Source: an uncultured Acidobacteriota bacterium
GTDB taxonomy: Bacteria; Acidobacteriota; Thermoanaerobaculia; UBA5066; Gp7-AA6
Assembly: GCA_963764715.1 (NCBI GenBank)
Contig: CAVXTP010000010.1
Location: forward strand, 128,001 to 192,000
DNA length: 64,000 nt
Direction of reading: 5' to 3'
Made by a program: the position numbers and the translations under genes. The notes beneath the pieces were generated by a model. It saw only the letters and a list, made by a program, of their open reading frames with translations. It searched no databases and was not told where the DNA came from. This document shows, one piece after another, positions 53,859 to 62,704 of the stretch (its first letter is position 1; the number at the start of each line of letters is the position of its first letter).

Positions 53859-54469
53859 CCGCGGAGCGCGTGTACGTGGTCGACGACGAGCCCGCCGTGC
53901 GCAAGGCCCTCTGGCGACTGCTTCGCTCCGCCGGAATCGAGGTCGAGGCTTTCGGGTCCGCGGAGGATTTCCTCGGCGCCCTGGAAGCGGAGCCTGCGGG
54001 CTGCGCGATCCTCGACGTCGCGATGCCGGGGCTGGACGGCCTCGCGCTGCAGGCGGCGCTCGCCTCCCGCGGCATCGACCTGCCGGTCCTGTTCCTGACC
54101 GGACGGGGCGACATCCCGATGTCCGTGCGGGCCATGAAGGCGGGGGCGGCCGACTTTCTGACGAAGCCCGTCGACGGCAAGGCCCTCGTCGCCGCGGTTC
54201 GGCGGGCGCTGGAAAAGGGCCGGTCTGCCGGGCAGGCGCGGCGGGAAGCCTCGGAGATCCGCCGGCGCCTCGCCTCCCTCACCCCGCGGCAGCGCGAAGT
54301 CCTGGAGGGGGTCGTCGCCGGGAAGCTCAACAAGCAGATTGCGGCCGATCTCGGGATCGCGGAGAAGACCGTCAAGATCCATCGCGGCGAGGTCATGTCG
54401 AAGATGGCGGCGGGCTCCGTCGCCGAGCTCGTTCGCTTCGCGCATCGGGCCAGCATCCGGCGCCCGTAG
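53855..54469 (+). CDS. FixJ-like response regulator (receiver + LuxR HTH)
   Basis: VYVVDDE, LDVAMPG, GDIPMSVRAMKAGAADFLTKP, LTPRQREV, KTVKIHRG. Confidence 0.92.
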   Translation: MTAERVYVVDDEPAVRKALWRLLRSAGIEVEAFGSAEDFLGALEAEPAGCAILDVAMPGLDGLALQAALASRGIDLPVLFLTGRGDIPMSVRAMKAGAADFLTKPVDGKALVAAVRRALEKGRSAGQARREASEIRRRLASLTPRQREVLEGVVAGKLNKQIAADLGIAEKTVKIHRGEVMSKMAAGSVAELVRFAHRASIRRP

Positions 54470-54500
54470 CTTCGGGTCGCGGCCCGACCCGGAATTCCGT

Positions 54501-54516
54501 TAGGACCAAGGTCCGA
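54501..54516. promoter_or_regulatory. Putative response-regulator operator, copy 2
   Basis: TAGGACCAAGGTCCGA imperfect palindrome upstream of the receiver/porin/aspA operon. Confidence 0.5.
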
Positions 54517-54552
54517 TCGCGCGCCTTCCGAGCGCCTGCTAGCGTCGGGAGC

Positions 54553-54960
54553 GTGAACCCGAGAAGCTGGGAGTGCTTCGTCGCGGTCGTGGATGACGAC
54601 GACGCGGTGCGCCGCGCCCTCTCGCGCCTGGTTCGCTCGCTCGGGTTCGAGGCCGAAGCGTTCCCGTCGGGCAAGGAATTCCTGGCCGCGCTCGCGACGC
54701 GGCGCCCCGATTGCGTCGTGCTCGATCTGCACATGCCGGAAGTCAACGGCTTCGACGTTCAGGCGAGGATGGCCGAGGCGGGCCTGCACGTCCCGGTCAT
54801 CGTGATCACGGGCCACGATTCTCCCGAAGCGCGGGCGAGGGCGCTCGCCGGGGGGGCCTCGGCCTATCTGTGCAAACCGTTGGACGGGTTGGCGCTCCGG
54901 GAGGCGATTCGCGCCGCCGTCGTGGGCAGCGCGACGACGAACGGGAGCGCAAAACAATGA
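54553..54960 (+). CDS. Stand-alone receiver-domain protein (FixT-like)
   Basis: VAVVDDD, VLDLHMP, ITGHD, YLCKP. Confidence 0.88.
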   Translation: MNPRSWECFVAVVDDDDAVRRALSRLVRSLGFEAEAFPSGKEFLAALATRRPDCVVLDLHMPEVNGFDVQARMAEAGLHVPVIVITGHDSPEARARALAGGASAYLCKPLDGLALREAIRAAVVGSATTNGSAKQ

Positions 54961-54973
54961 GGAGGAGACCGTC

Positions 54974-56524
54974 ATGATCGCTCGTGGGGAATCCTGGCGC
55001 CGCCGGTTGGCGGCGGCATCGCTGGCGGCGACGATCGTGGGGGCGGCGGCGTCCGGCGCGCTCGGCCAGGAGCTCAAGGGCGCGATCTCGGGGCGCGTCG
55101 TGGACGAAGTCGGCGCGGCCGTCGCCGGCGCCACGGTGACGGCCCGAAACCTCGCGACCGGGTTTCGCCAGTCGGCGGTCTCGGACGCGTCGGGCGCCTT
55201 CCGCATCGAGGCGCTTCCGGCGGGCTCCTACGACGTCACTTCCGAGGCCTCGGGGTTCAGGACCGGGCTGTCGACGGGCGTGGTCGTCCACGCCTCCGAG
55301 TTCACGAACGTGGCCTTCGCTCTGAAGGCCGTCGCCTTCGTGGCGCAGGAGCCGCAGGGACAGGCCGGCGCGCCGCCCCCGGATCCCATGAAGCAGGGGC
55401 CGCGCATGCAGATCTACGGCTTCGCGATGACGGACCTGATCTACGACATCGACCAGGTGAATCCGGACTGGTTCGACGTCGAGCGCCCGTCGAAGCTCCC
55501 GTCGTTTCCGAACGAGTTCGGCGACAACGGCAACTTCTGGGCGAGCGTGCGGCAGACGCGCTTCGGCGTCCGCGGCTGGCTGCCGACGTCGATGGGAGAA
55601 GTGAAGACGGAGTTCGAGTTCGACCTCTTCGGCGTCGGCTCCGACGCCGGCCAGACGACGATCCGACTGCGCCAGGCCTGGGGCGAGCTCGACGCGTTCC
55701 TCATCGGCCAGACGAACAGCGTCTTCATGGACGGGGACGTCTTCCCGAACACGGTCGAGTACTGGGGGCCCGACGGGATGGTGTTCTTCCGCAACGTCCA
55801 GCTGCGATGGGCGCCCATCCAGGGCGACACGCGCCTGTACATCGCACTCGAGCGGCCCGGGGCCACGGGCGATCAGGGAAAGTACTCCGACCGCATCGAG
55901 CTCTCGGGCATCAAGCCGCACTTCCCGTACCCGGACTTCACGGCCCAGTTCCGGACCGGGAGCGACTGGGGGCACGTGCAGCTCGCGGGGATCGTCCGCT
56001 ACATCGGCTGGACCGACACCCTGGCCGACGAGGTCGATCTTTCGGACCACGCCATCGGCTGGGGCCTCAGCGCGAGCTCCGTCATCAAGTTCGGGAAGAC
56101 GGGGAGCCTGCGCCTCCAGGCCACCTACGGCGAGGGCATCGAGAACTACATGAACGACGCGCCCGTCGACGTCGGGATCCAGGCCAACCCGGGCAATCCG
56201 CTTCAGCCGGTCACCGGCAAGGCGCTGCCGATCTTCGGGATGATGGCTTACTACGATTTCAACTGGAGCGACTGCTTCTCGACGGCGATCGGCTATTCCC
56301 GTCTCGACATCGACAACAGCAACGGACAGCTTCCGACCGCCTTCAAGAGCGGGCAGTACGCATCGACCAACATCCTCTATTACCCCGTCCAGAACGTCAT
56401 GACCGGGCTCGAGTTCCAGTGGGGCCGCCGGCAGAACTTCGGCGACGACTTCGCCGTGAACGACTTCCGGATCCAGTTCTCGGCGCAGTACAAGTTCTCG
56501 TTCGATCTGGGAGGGAAGAAGTGA
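54974..56524 (+). CDS. DcaP-like porin with an N-terminal carboxypeptidase-regulatory-like domain
   Basis: GAISGRVVD..GATVTARN..G.YDV..EASGF, then IYGFAMTD, SVRQTRFG, FEFDLFG, LRQAWGE, GQTNSVFMD. Confidence 0.8.
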   Translation: MIARGESWRRRLAAASLAATIVGAAASGALGQELKGAISGRVVDEVGAAVAGATVTARNLATGFRQSAVSDASGAFRIEALPAGSYDVTSEASGFRTGLSTGVVVHASEFTNVAFALKAVAFVAQEPQGQAGAPPPDPMKQGPRMQIYGFAMTDLIYDIDQVNPDWFDVERPSKLPSFPNEFGDNGNFWASVRQTRFGVRGWLPTSMGEVKTEFEFDLFGVGSDAGQTTIRLRQAWGELDAFLIGQTNSVFMDGDVFPNTVEYWGPDGMVFFRNVQLRWAPIQGDTRLYIALERPGATGDQGKYSDRIELSGIKPHFPYPDFTAQFRTGSDWGHVQLAGIVRYIGWTDTLADEVDLSDHAIGWGLSASSVIKFGKTGSLRLQATYGEGIENYMNDAPVDVGIQANPGNPLQPVTGKALPIFGMMAYYDFNWSDCFSTAIGYSRLDIDNSNGQLPTAFKSGQYASTNILYYPVQNVMTGLEFQWGRRQNFGDDFAVNDFRIQFSAQYKFSFDLGGKK

Positions 56525-56571
56525 AGCGAGCCATTCCGACACCCGATGTCATTCCGATGGGGAGGTAACCC

Positions 56572-57987
56572 GTGAGCACCGTATCCAAGACCAAGACCCG
56601 TACCGAGCACGACCTGCTCGGAGACCTCGCCGTTCCCGCCGACGCCTACTACGGCGTCCAGACCGCGCGGGCCCTCGAGAATTTCCACATCTCGGGTGTC
56701 GAGCTGCGTCTCTATCCCAACCTGATCAAGGCCTTCGCCATGGTCAAGCTCGCCGCCGCGCGAGCCAACTACGACTGCAAGCAATTCTCCAGGGAGATCC
56801 TGAAGGGGATGGAGGGCGCCTGCAAGGAGCTGATCGACGGCAAGCTCCACGACGAGTTCCGTCTCGACGTCTTCCAGGGCGGCGCGGGCACCTCGACCAA
56901 CATGAACGCCAACGAGGTCATCGCCAACCGGGCGCTGGAATTGATGGGCCACAAGAAGGGCGAGTACAAGTATTGCGACCCGCACGACCACGTCAACGGC
57001 TCCCAGTCCACCAACGACGCCTACCCGACGTCGCTCCACATCGGCATGGCCCTCGGCAACATCGAGCTCGTCGCAGCGATGAAGGAGCTCATCGCGTCCT
57101 TCCGCCGCAAGGGGAAGGAATTCTCGAAGATCCTCAAGATGGGGCGCACGCAGCTCCAGGACGCCGTGCCGATGACGCTCGGCCAGGAGTTCGAGGCCTT
57201 CGCCGCGACGCTTTCGGGCGAGGTCCTGGCCCTCGAGCGCATTCAAAACGTGCTCTGCAAGACCAACATGGGGGCGACCGCGATCGGGACGGGCCTGAAC
57301 GCCCCGGCAGGCTACGCCGAGAAGTGCACGGAGCACCTGGCGAAGATCACGGGGCTGCCGATCCACCTGGCCGAAGACCTGATCGAGGCCACGCAGGACA
57401 CGCAACCTTTCGTCCTCTACTCGTCCTGCATGAAGAGCCTGGCGATCAAGCTCTCGAAGGTCTGCAACGACCTCCGGCTCCTCTCCTCGGGACCGCGCTG
57501 CGGACTCCGCGAGATCAATCTCCCGGCCAAGCAGCCGGGCTCCTCGATCATGCCCGGGAAGGTCAATCCCGTGATCCCGGAGGTCGTCAACATGGTCTGC
57601 TTCCGGGTCATCGGCAGCGACCTGACGGTGTCGATGTCCGCCGAGGCCGGCCAGCTCCAGTTGAACGTCTTCGAGCCGGTCATCGCCGCGTGCATCTTCG
57701 AAGCACAGACGATGTTCATCAACGCGGCGCGCACCCTGCGCGTGCACTGCGTGGACGGCATCACCGCCAACCCCGATGTCTGCAAGCACTACGTCGAGTA
57801 CTCGATCGGCACGGTCACGGCCCTGAACCCGGTCATCGGGTACGACCGCTCGACCGAGCTCGCGGCGGAGGCGATGAAGACGGGACGGGGCATTCTCGAG
57901 CTGATCCGGGAGAAGAAGGTCCTGACGGAGGATCAGATCGCGAAGGTCTTCAACCCGGCGGCGATGGCGGGGGCACACCGGAAGTGA
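56572..57987 (+). CDS. aspA: Aspartate ammonia-lyase
   Basis: QGGAGTSTNMNANEV, QSTNDAYPT, KMGRTQLQDAVP, GSSIMPGKVNPVIPE. Confidence 0.95.
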   Translation: MSTVSKTKTRTEHDLLGDLAVPADAYYGVQTARALENFHISGVELRLYPNLIKAFAMVKLAAARANYDCKQFSREILKGMEGACKELIDGKLHDEFRLDVFQGGAGTSTNMNANEVIANRALELMGHKKGEYKYCDPHDHVNGSQSTNDAYPTSLHIGMALGNIELVAAMKELIASFRRKGKEFSKILKMGRTQLQDAVPMTLGQEFEAFAATLSGEVLALERIQNVLCKTNMGATAIGTGLNAPAGYAEKCTEHLAKITGLPIHLAEDLIEATQDTQPFVLYSSCMKSLAIKLSKVCNDLRLLSSGPRCGLREINLPAKQPGSSIMPGKVNPVIPEVVNMVCFRVIGSDLTVSMSAEAGQLQLNVFEPVIAACIFEAQTMFINAARTLRVHCVDGITANPDVCKHYVEYSIGTVTALNPVIGYDRSTELAAEAMKTGRGILELIREKKVLTEDQIAKVFNPAAMAGAHRK

Positions 57988-58514
57988 AGTCCGTTGCGCC
58001 TCTTCGCGCGGTCCTGCTGGCATCGGCCATCGGCGTGCTCGCCCTGCCGGCGCGGGGCCAGCAGGCGGCGTCCGACTGGCGTCCGTTCGCGGCGACGTGG
58101 ACCCTCTCGGGGCAGAGGTTCCTCCTGCCGACGGAGGGCGAGCGCCCCGCCTCCATCGTCACCCTTTCGGGTCCCCTGACCATCACGAAGGGGGAGGGGC
58201 TCGGCCGCGGGCTGCTCAGCCAGGTGATCGGCTTCGACGACGGCGGGGCGGTTCTCGCCGGCCGGGCCGTCTTCACGGACGAGCGCGGCGACAGGATCTT
58301 CTGCACCATCCAGGCCGAGCCGATCGGGACCGGCCGCCGGGCCACGGCGACGATCACCGGCGGCACGGGGCGCTTCGCGGGGCTGGAAGGGAGCTTCTCG
58401 TTTGCCTGGCTGTACGTCGTGGACCAGGAGAGCGGCGAGGTCAGCCTGCGCTCCGTCGACATCGAGGGGCGAACCAGACGCGGAGCCTCGGCGCGCGGCG
58501 GGAGCGGGCCATGA
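57984..58514 (+). CDS. Secreted beta-rich hypothetical protein
   Basis: GTG overlapping the aspA stop, signal peptide, DERGDRIF, ITGGTGRFAGLEG. Confidence 0.7.
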   Translation: MKSVAPLRAVLLASAIGVLALPARGQQAASDWRPFAATWTLSGQRFLLPTEGERPASIVTLSGPLTITKGEGLGRGLLSQVIGFDDGGAVLAGRAVFTDERGDRIFCTIQAEPIGTGRRATATITGGTGRFAGLEGSFSFAWLYVVDQESGEVSLRSVDIEGRTRRGASARGGSGP

Positions 58515-59918
58515 CGGCGGGTCCGAAGACGCTCCTCGCCCGCCTCGGGGTGGTCGCCCTCGGCGTGGTCATCTGGTTCTGGCCGGTGCCCGAGGGGCTC
58601 ACCCCTCCGGCCTGGCACCTCTTCGCGATCTTCGCCGCCACGATCGCCTCCGTCATCGCCGGCGCATTCCCCATCCTGACGGCCTCGGTCCTCGCGGTCG
58701 CGATCTCCGTTCTTTCCGGGCTCCTGACCCCCGCGAAGGCGTATGCGGGGTTTGCGAACGGGACGATCCTGCTCATCGTGGTCGCTTTTCTCGTGGCGCG
58801 GGCGATCGTGAAGTGCGGCCTCGGCCAGCGCCTCGGCCACCTGGTCGTGCGGCTCTTCGGGCGCTCGACGCTCGGCCTCGGCTACAGCATCTTCTTCTTC
58901 GACGCCGTGATCGCGCCCGCGTTTCCGAGCGACACGGCGCGCTCCGGCGTGATCTACCCCCTCGCCCTCTCGCTCGCGGAAGGCGGCGGCTCGAAGCCCG
59001 ACGAGGCCACGCGCAAGAAGATGGGGGCCTACCTTATGTTCTGCGGGATGGCGACCCTGTCCCTCTCCTCGGCGCTGTGGCTGACCGCGATGGCGGGCAA
59101 TCCGCTCGGAGCCGAGATCGGCAAGACGATGGGCTTCCAGGTCTCGTTCGGCTCGTGGCTGCTGGCCGCCTCGGTGCCGACCCTCCTCGCGCTCGCGCTG
59201 CTGCCGCTGCTCATCTACAAGGTCTTCCCGCCCGAGGTGAAGGCGACGCCCGAGGCTCCCGCCGCGGCGCGCAAGGCGCTGGCCGCGATGGGCCCGCTGA
59301 GCCTGCAGGAGAAGATCGTGGCGGCGACCTTCGTCGTGATGGTCGTCCTGTGGGGGCTCGCCGGGACGCTGAAACTCGACCTGACGGCGGTGGCGTTTCT
59401 CGGTCTCGGAGTGCTCCTCGCGACGGGCGCCCTGACGTTGAAGGACATCGGACAGCAGGGCGACGTGCTCGGGACCTTCATCTGGTTCTCGATCCTGTAC
59501 ACCCTGAGCGGCCAGCTGAACGCCATGGGCTTCATGGGCTATCTCGGGCAGAGACTCGGCGGCGCGCTCGGCGGGCTGCCGGTTCCCGCGGCCTACGCCA
59601 TTCTCGTGGTCGCCTACGTCCTTCTCCACTACCTGTTCGTCAGCCAGACGGCGCACGTTCTCGCTCTCTTCGGCGTGTTCCTCGGAATCGGCTCCCAGCT
59701 CGGCATCCCGCTGCCGGTGCTCGGCTTACGCCCTGCTCTTCTCCACGAGCTACTTGTCGACGATGACGCCGCAGGCCTCGAGCGCGAACGTGCTCGTCGT
59801 CGGGAGCGGCTACCTCACGCAGGGCGAGCTGTATCGCCTCGGCACGATCACGACGGCCTTCAACATCCTGCTGCTCCTTCTCGTGGGGACGCCCTGGCTG
59901 ATGTTCGTGGCGCGGTGA
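58511..59918 (+). CDS. DASS-family dicarboxylate/anion transporter, frameshifted near 59725
   Basis: PVPEGL..AWHLFAIF, PAFPSDTARSG, LTAMAGNP, HYLFVSQTAH; TPQASSAN..GSGYL in the shifted frame. Confidence 0.88.
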
Positions 59919-59931
59919 CGGTGGAGGCGGC

Positions 59932-61608
59932 ATGACGTACCTGACGAATGCCCTTCGCAACAACCCCGAGCTCGCCATCTTCCTGACGCTCGCCGTGGGT
60001 TTCGTGTTCGGGCGCCTGCGGATCGGCAGCTTCCGGCTCGGCAACGTCGTCGGGACGCTGCTCGCCGGCGTGCTCATCGGACAGCTCGACATCCACGTCG
60101 ATCCGATCGTCAAGCTCGTCTTCTTCGACCTCTTCCTCTTCGCGACCGGCTACAAGGTGGGCCCGCAGTTCTTCCGTGGGCTCGGCAAGAGCGCCCTGCC
60201 GCAGGTCGCCGTGACGTTGGTCCTGTGCATCACGAGCCTCGTGGTCACGGTCGCGGCGGCGAAGCTCTTCCACTACGACTGCGGGACCGCGGCGGGACTG
60301 ATGGCCGGCGCCTTCACGGAGTCGACCGTCATCGGCACGGCGGGAGAGACGATCAACCATCTCGACCTGCCGGCGGAGGAGAAGGCCCGGCTTCTGAACA
60401 ACATCCCCGTGGCCTACGCGGTCTCGTACCTCGTCGGCACCGGGTTCGTCGTGTGGTTCCTGTCGAGCCTCGCGCCGAAGCTCCTCAAGGTGGACCTGAA
60501 GGCCGAGAGCCGCAAGCTCGAGAAGGAGCTCTCGGGCGAATCGGAGTCGAGGTCCTCCAAGGAGTCCGCCTATCGCGAGTGGGACCTGCGCACCTACCGG
60601 ATCGACGACGCGGCCTGGGCGGATCGCACCGTGGCCGATCTCGAGAAGTCGTTCTCGCCCGCGCGGGCCTTCGTCGAGCGGATCCGCCGCGGGGCGGAGA
60701 TCCTCGACGCCTCGCCGGAGATGGCGCTGGCCCGCGGCGATTCGGTCGCGATCGCCGCCCCCAGGAGGGTGCTCGCGGGCGGGGTCTCGATCGGCGTGGA
60801 GATCGAGGACAAGGCGCTGCTCGACTTTCCGCTCGTCGCGCTGGACATCGTCCTGACCAATCGGAGCCTGGTCGACCTCAGCCTCAGGGAGCTCGCCTCA
60901 CTCCACGGGCGCGGCGTGGCGCTGATGCAACTCGTGCGCGGGGGAGAGGAGATCCCGTTCGTGCCGTCGACCGTGGTCAACCGGGGTGACATCCTGCGGC
61001 TCTCCGGCGCGACCCGCGACGTCGAGCGCGTCGGCGCGGCCCTGGGCTACATCGAGCGGCCCTCGCACGAGACCGACGTCGTCTTCGTCGGCCTCGGCAT
61101 CCTCGTGGGCGGGCTCGTCGGGCTCCTCTCGGTCTCGGTGGGCGGGTTACCGCTTTCCCTGACGGCGAGCGGCGGCGCCCTCATCATGGGGCTCGTCTTC
61201 GGGTGGCTGCGCTCGGTGCGCCCGACCTTCGGCCGGATCCCGGAGCCGGCGCTCTGGGTGTTCGACACGGTCGGCCTGGCCGTCTTCATCGGCGTGGTCG
61301 GCCTGACCGCGGGCCCGAGCTTCGTCGCGGGCCTGAAGCAGACCGGGCTGAGCCTGCTCTTCGTCGGCTTCGTCGTCGCGGTCACGCCGCACATGGCGGC
61401 GCTCGTCTTCGGGCACAAGGTCCTCAAGATGAATCCGGTCATTCTGCTGGGGGCCTCGGCCGGGGCCGGGACGGTCACGGCCGCCCTGCGCTCGATCCAG
61501 GACGAGGCTCACAGCAAGCTCCCCGTGCTCGGTTACACGGTGCCCTACGCCATCGGGAACATCCTCCTGACGGCCTGGGGCCCGGTCATCGTTTTTCTGA
61601 CGAAGTAG
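59932..61608 (+). CDS. aspT: Aspartate:alanine antiporter (AAE family, TrkA-C domains)
   Basis: PELAIFLTLAVG, FLFATGYKVGPQFF, VAYAVSY, LGYTVPYAIGNILLTAWGP. Confidence 0.88.
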   Translation: MTYLTNALRNNPELAIFLTLAVGFVFGRLRIGSFRLGNVVGTLLAGVLIGQLDIHVDPIVKLVFFDLFLFATGYKVGPQFFRGLGKSALPQVAVTLVLCITSLVVTVAAAKLFHYDCGTAAGLMAGAFTESTVIGTAGETINHLDLPAEEKARLLNNIPVAYAVSYLVGTGFVVWFLSSLAPKLLKVDLKAESRKLEKELSGESESRSSKESAYREWDLRTYRIDDAAWADRTVADLEKSFSPARAFVERIRRGAEILDASPEMALARGDSVAIAAPRRVLAGGVSIGVEIEDKALLDFPLVALDIVLTNRSLVDLSLRELASLHGRGVALMQLVRGGEEIPFVPSTVVNRGDILRLSGATRDVERVGAALGYIERPSHETDVVFVGLGILVGGLVGLLSVSVGGLPLSLTASGGALIMGLVFGWLRSVRPTFGRIPEPALWVFDTVGLAVFIGVVGLTAGPSFVAGLKQTGLSLLFVGFVVAVTPHMAALVFGHKVLKMNPVILLGASAGAGTVTAALRSIQDEAHSKLPVLGYTVPYAIGNILLTAWGPVIVFLTK

Positions 61609-61617
61609 GAGGTTTCC

Positions 61618-62704
61618 ATGTTCCACCGCAAGACGTTTCTTCCCGCCCTGGTGACTGCATTGTCGTTGGCGGCAACGGCGACGGCGCAGACCGGCGCGAC
61701 CGCGGCGAAAGGCCCTCTTCCCGAACATCGTGGTCCTGGCGACCGGCGGCACGATCGCCGGAGCCGCCGCGAGCGACGTCCAGGCCGGCTATACGTCGGG
61801 CCAGGTCGGCGTCGAGCAGCTCCTGGCCGCCGTGCCGCAGGCGAAGAAGCTCGCGAACCTCCGCGGCGAGCAGATCTCGAACATCGGCTCGCAGGACATG
61901 AACGACGAGGTCTGGTTCAAGCTCGCGCGGCGAATCAACGAGCTCACCGCGATGAAGGACGTGGACGGAATCGTCATCACGCACGGAACCGACACGATCG
62001 AGGAGACGGCCTACTTTCTCAATCTCGTGACCAGGTCGCGCAAACCGGTTGTGCTGACGGCGGCGATGCGGCCGTCCACCGCCCTGTCGGCCGACGGCCC
62101 GCTCAACTTCTACAACGCCGTGGCGGTGGCCGCGAACAAGGACGCGGCGGGCCGCGGCGTGCTCGTGGTCGTCAACGACTGGATCCACGGCGCCTCTTCG
62201 CTCACCAAGGCGAGCACGACCGCGGTGCAGACCTTCCTTTCGCCGCTGCGCGGCTTGATCGGCACCGTGGCGTACGGGGAGGCCGAGTTCTACCGCGGCC
62301 CGGTCGGCCGCAACACGGTCGACTCGGAGTTCTCGCTCGATGGCCTGACGAGCCTGCCGCGCGTGGACATCGTCATGGCGTACGAGAACATGGACGGGGC
62401 CCTGATCGATTGCTCGGCGGCGGCGGGAGCGAAAGGCATCGTGATCGCGGGGGTGGGCAACGGGAACATGACGGCGGTCGCGCTGAACGCCCTCGGTGCC
62501 CAGGCGAAGAAGGGGATCGTCTGTGTGCGCTCCTCGCGGGTGGCGACGGGACGGGTGGGGCGCAACGTCGAGGTCGACGACGACAAGTACGGGTTCGTCG
62601 CCTCCCTGGAGCTGAATCCCCAGAAATCGCGGGTTCTCCTCCGGCTGGCGCTGACGAAGACGAAGGACCCCAAACAGATTCAGCGGTATTTCGACCAGTA
62701 CTGA
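61618..62704 (+). CDS. ansB: Periplasmic type II L-asparaginase, frameshifted near 61715
   Basis: AGGAGG-ATG signal peptide at 61618; ATGGTIAG, NIGSQDM, THGTDTIEET, GVGNGN, LNPQKSR one base out of frame. Confidence 0.9.

Noticed and set aside
52997-54469. Apparent 490-aa kinase-response regulator hybrid
   Set aside because: Artefact of the frameshift near 53665; the kinase G-boxes and stop (53858) lie in another frame, overlapping the regulator ATG at 53855
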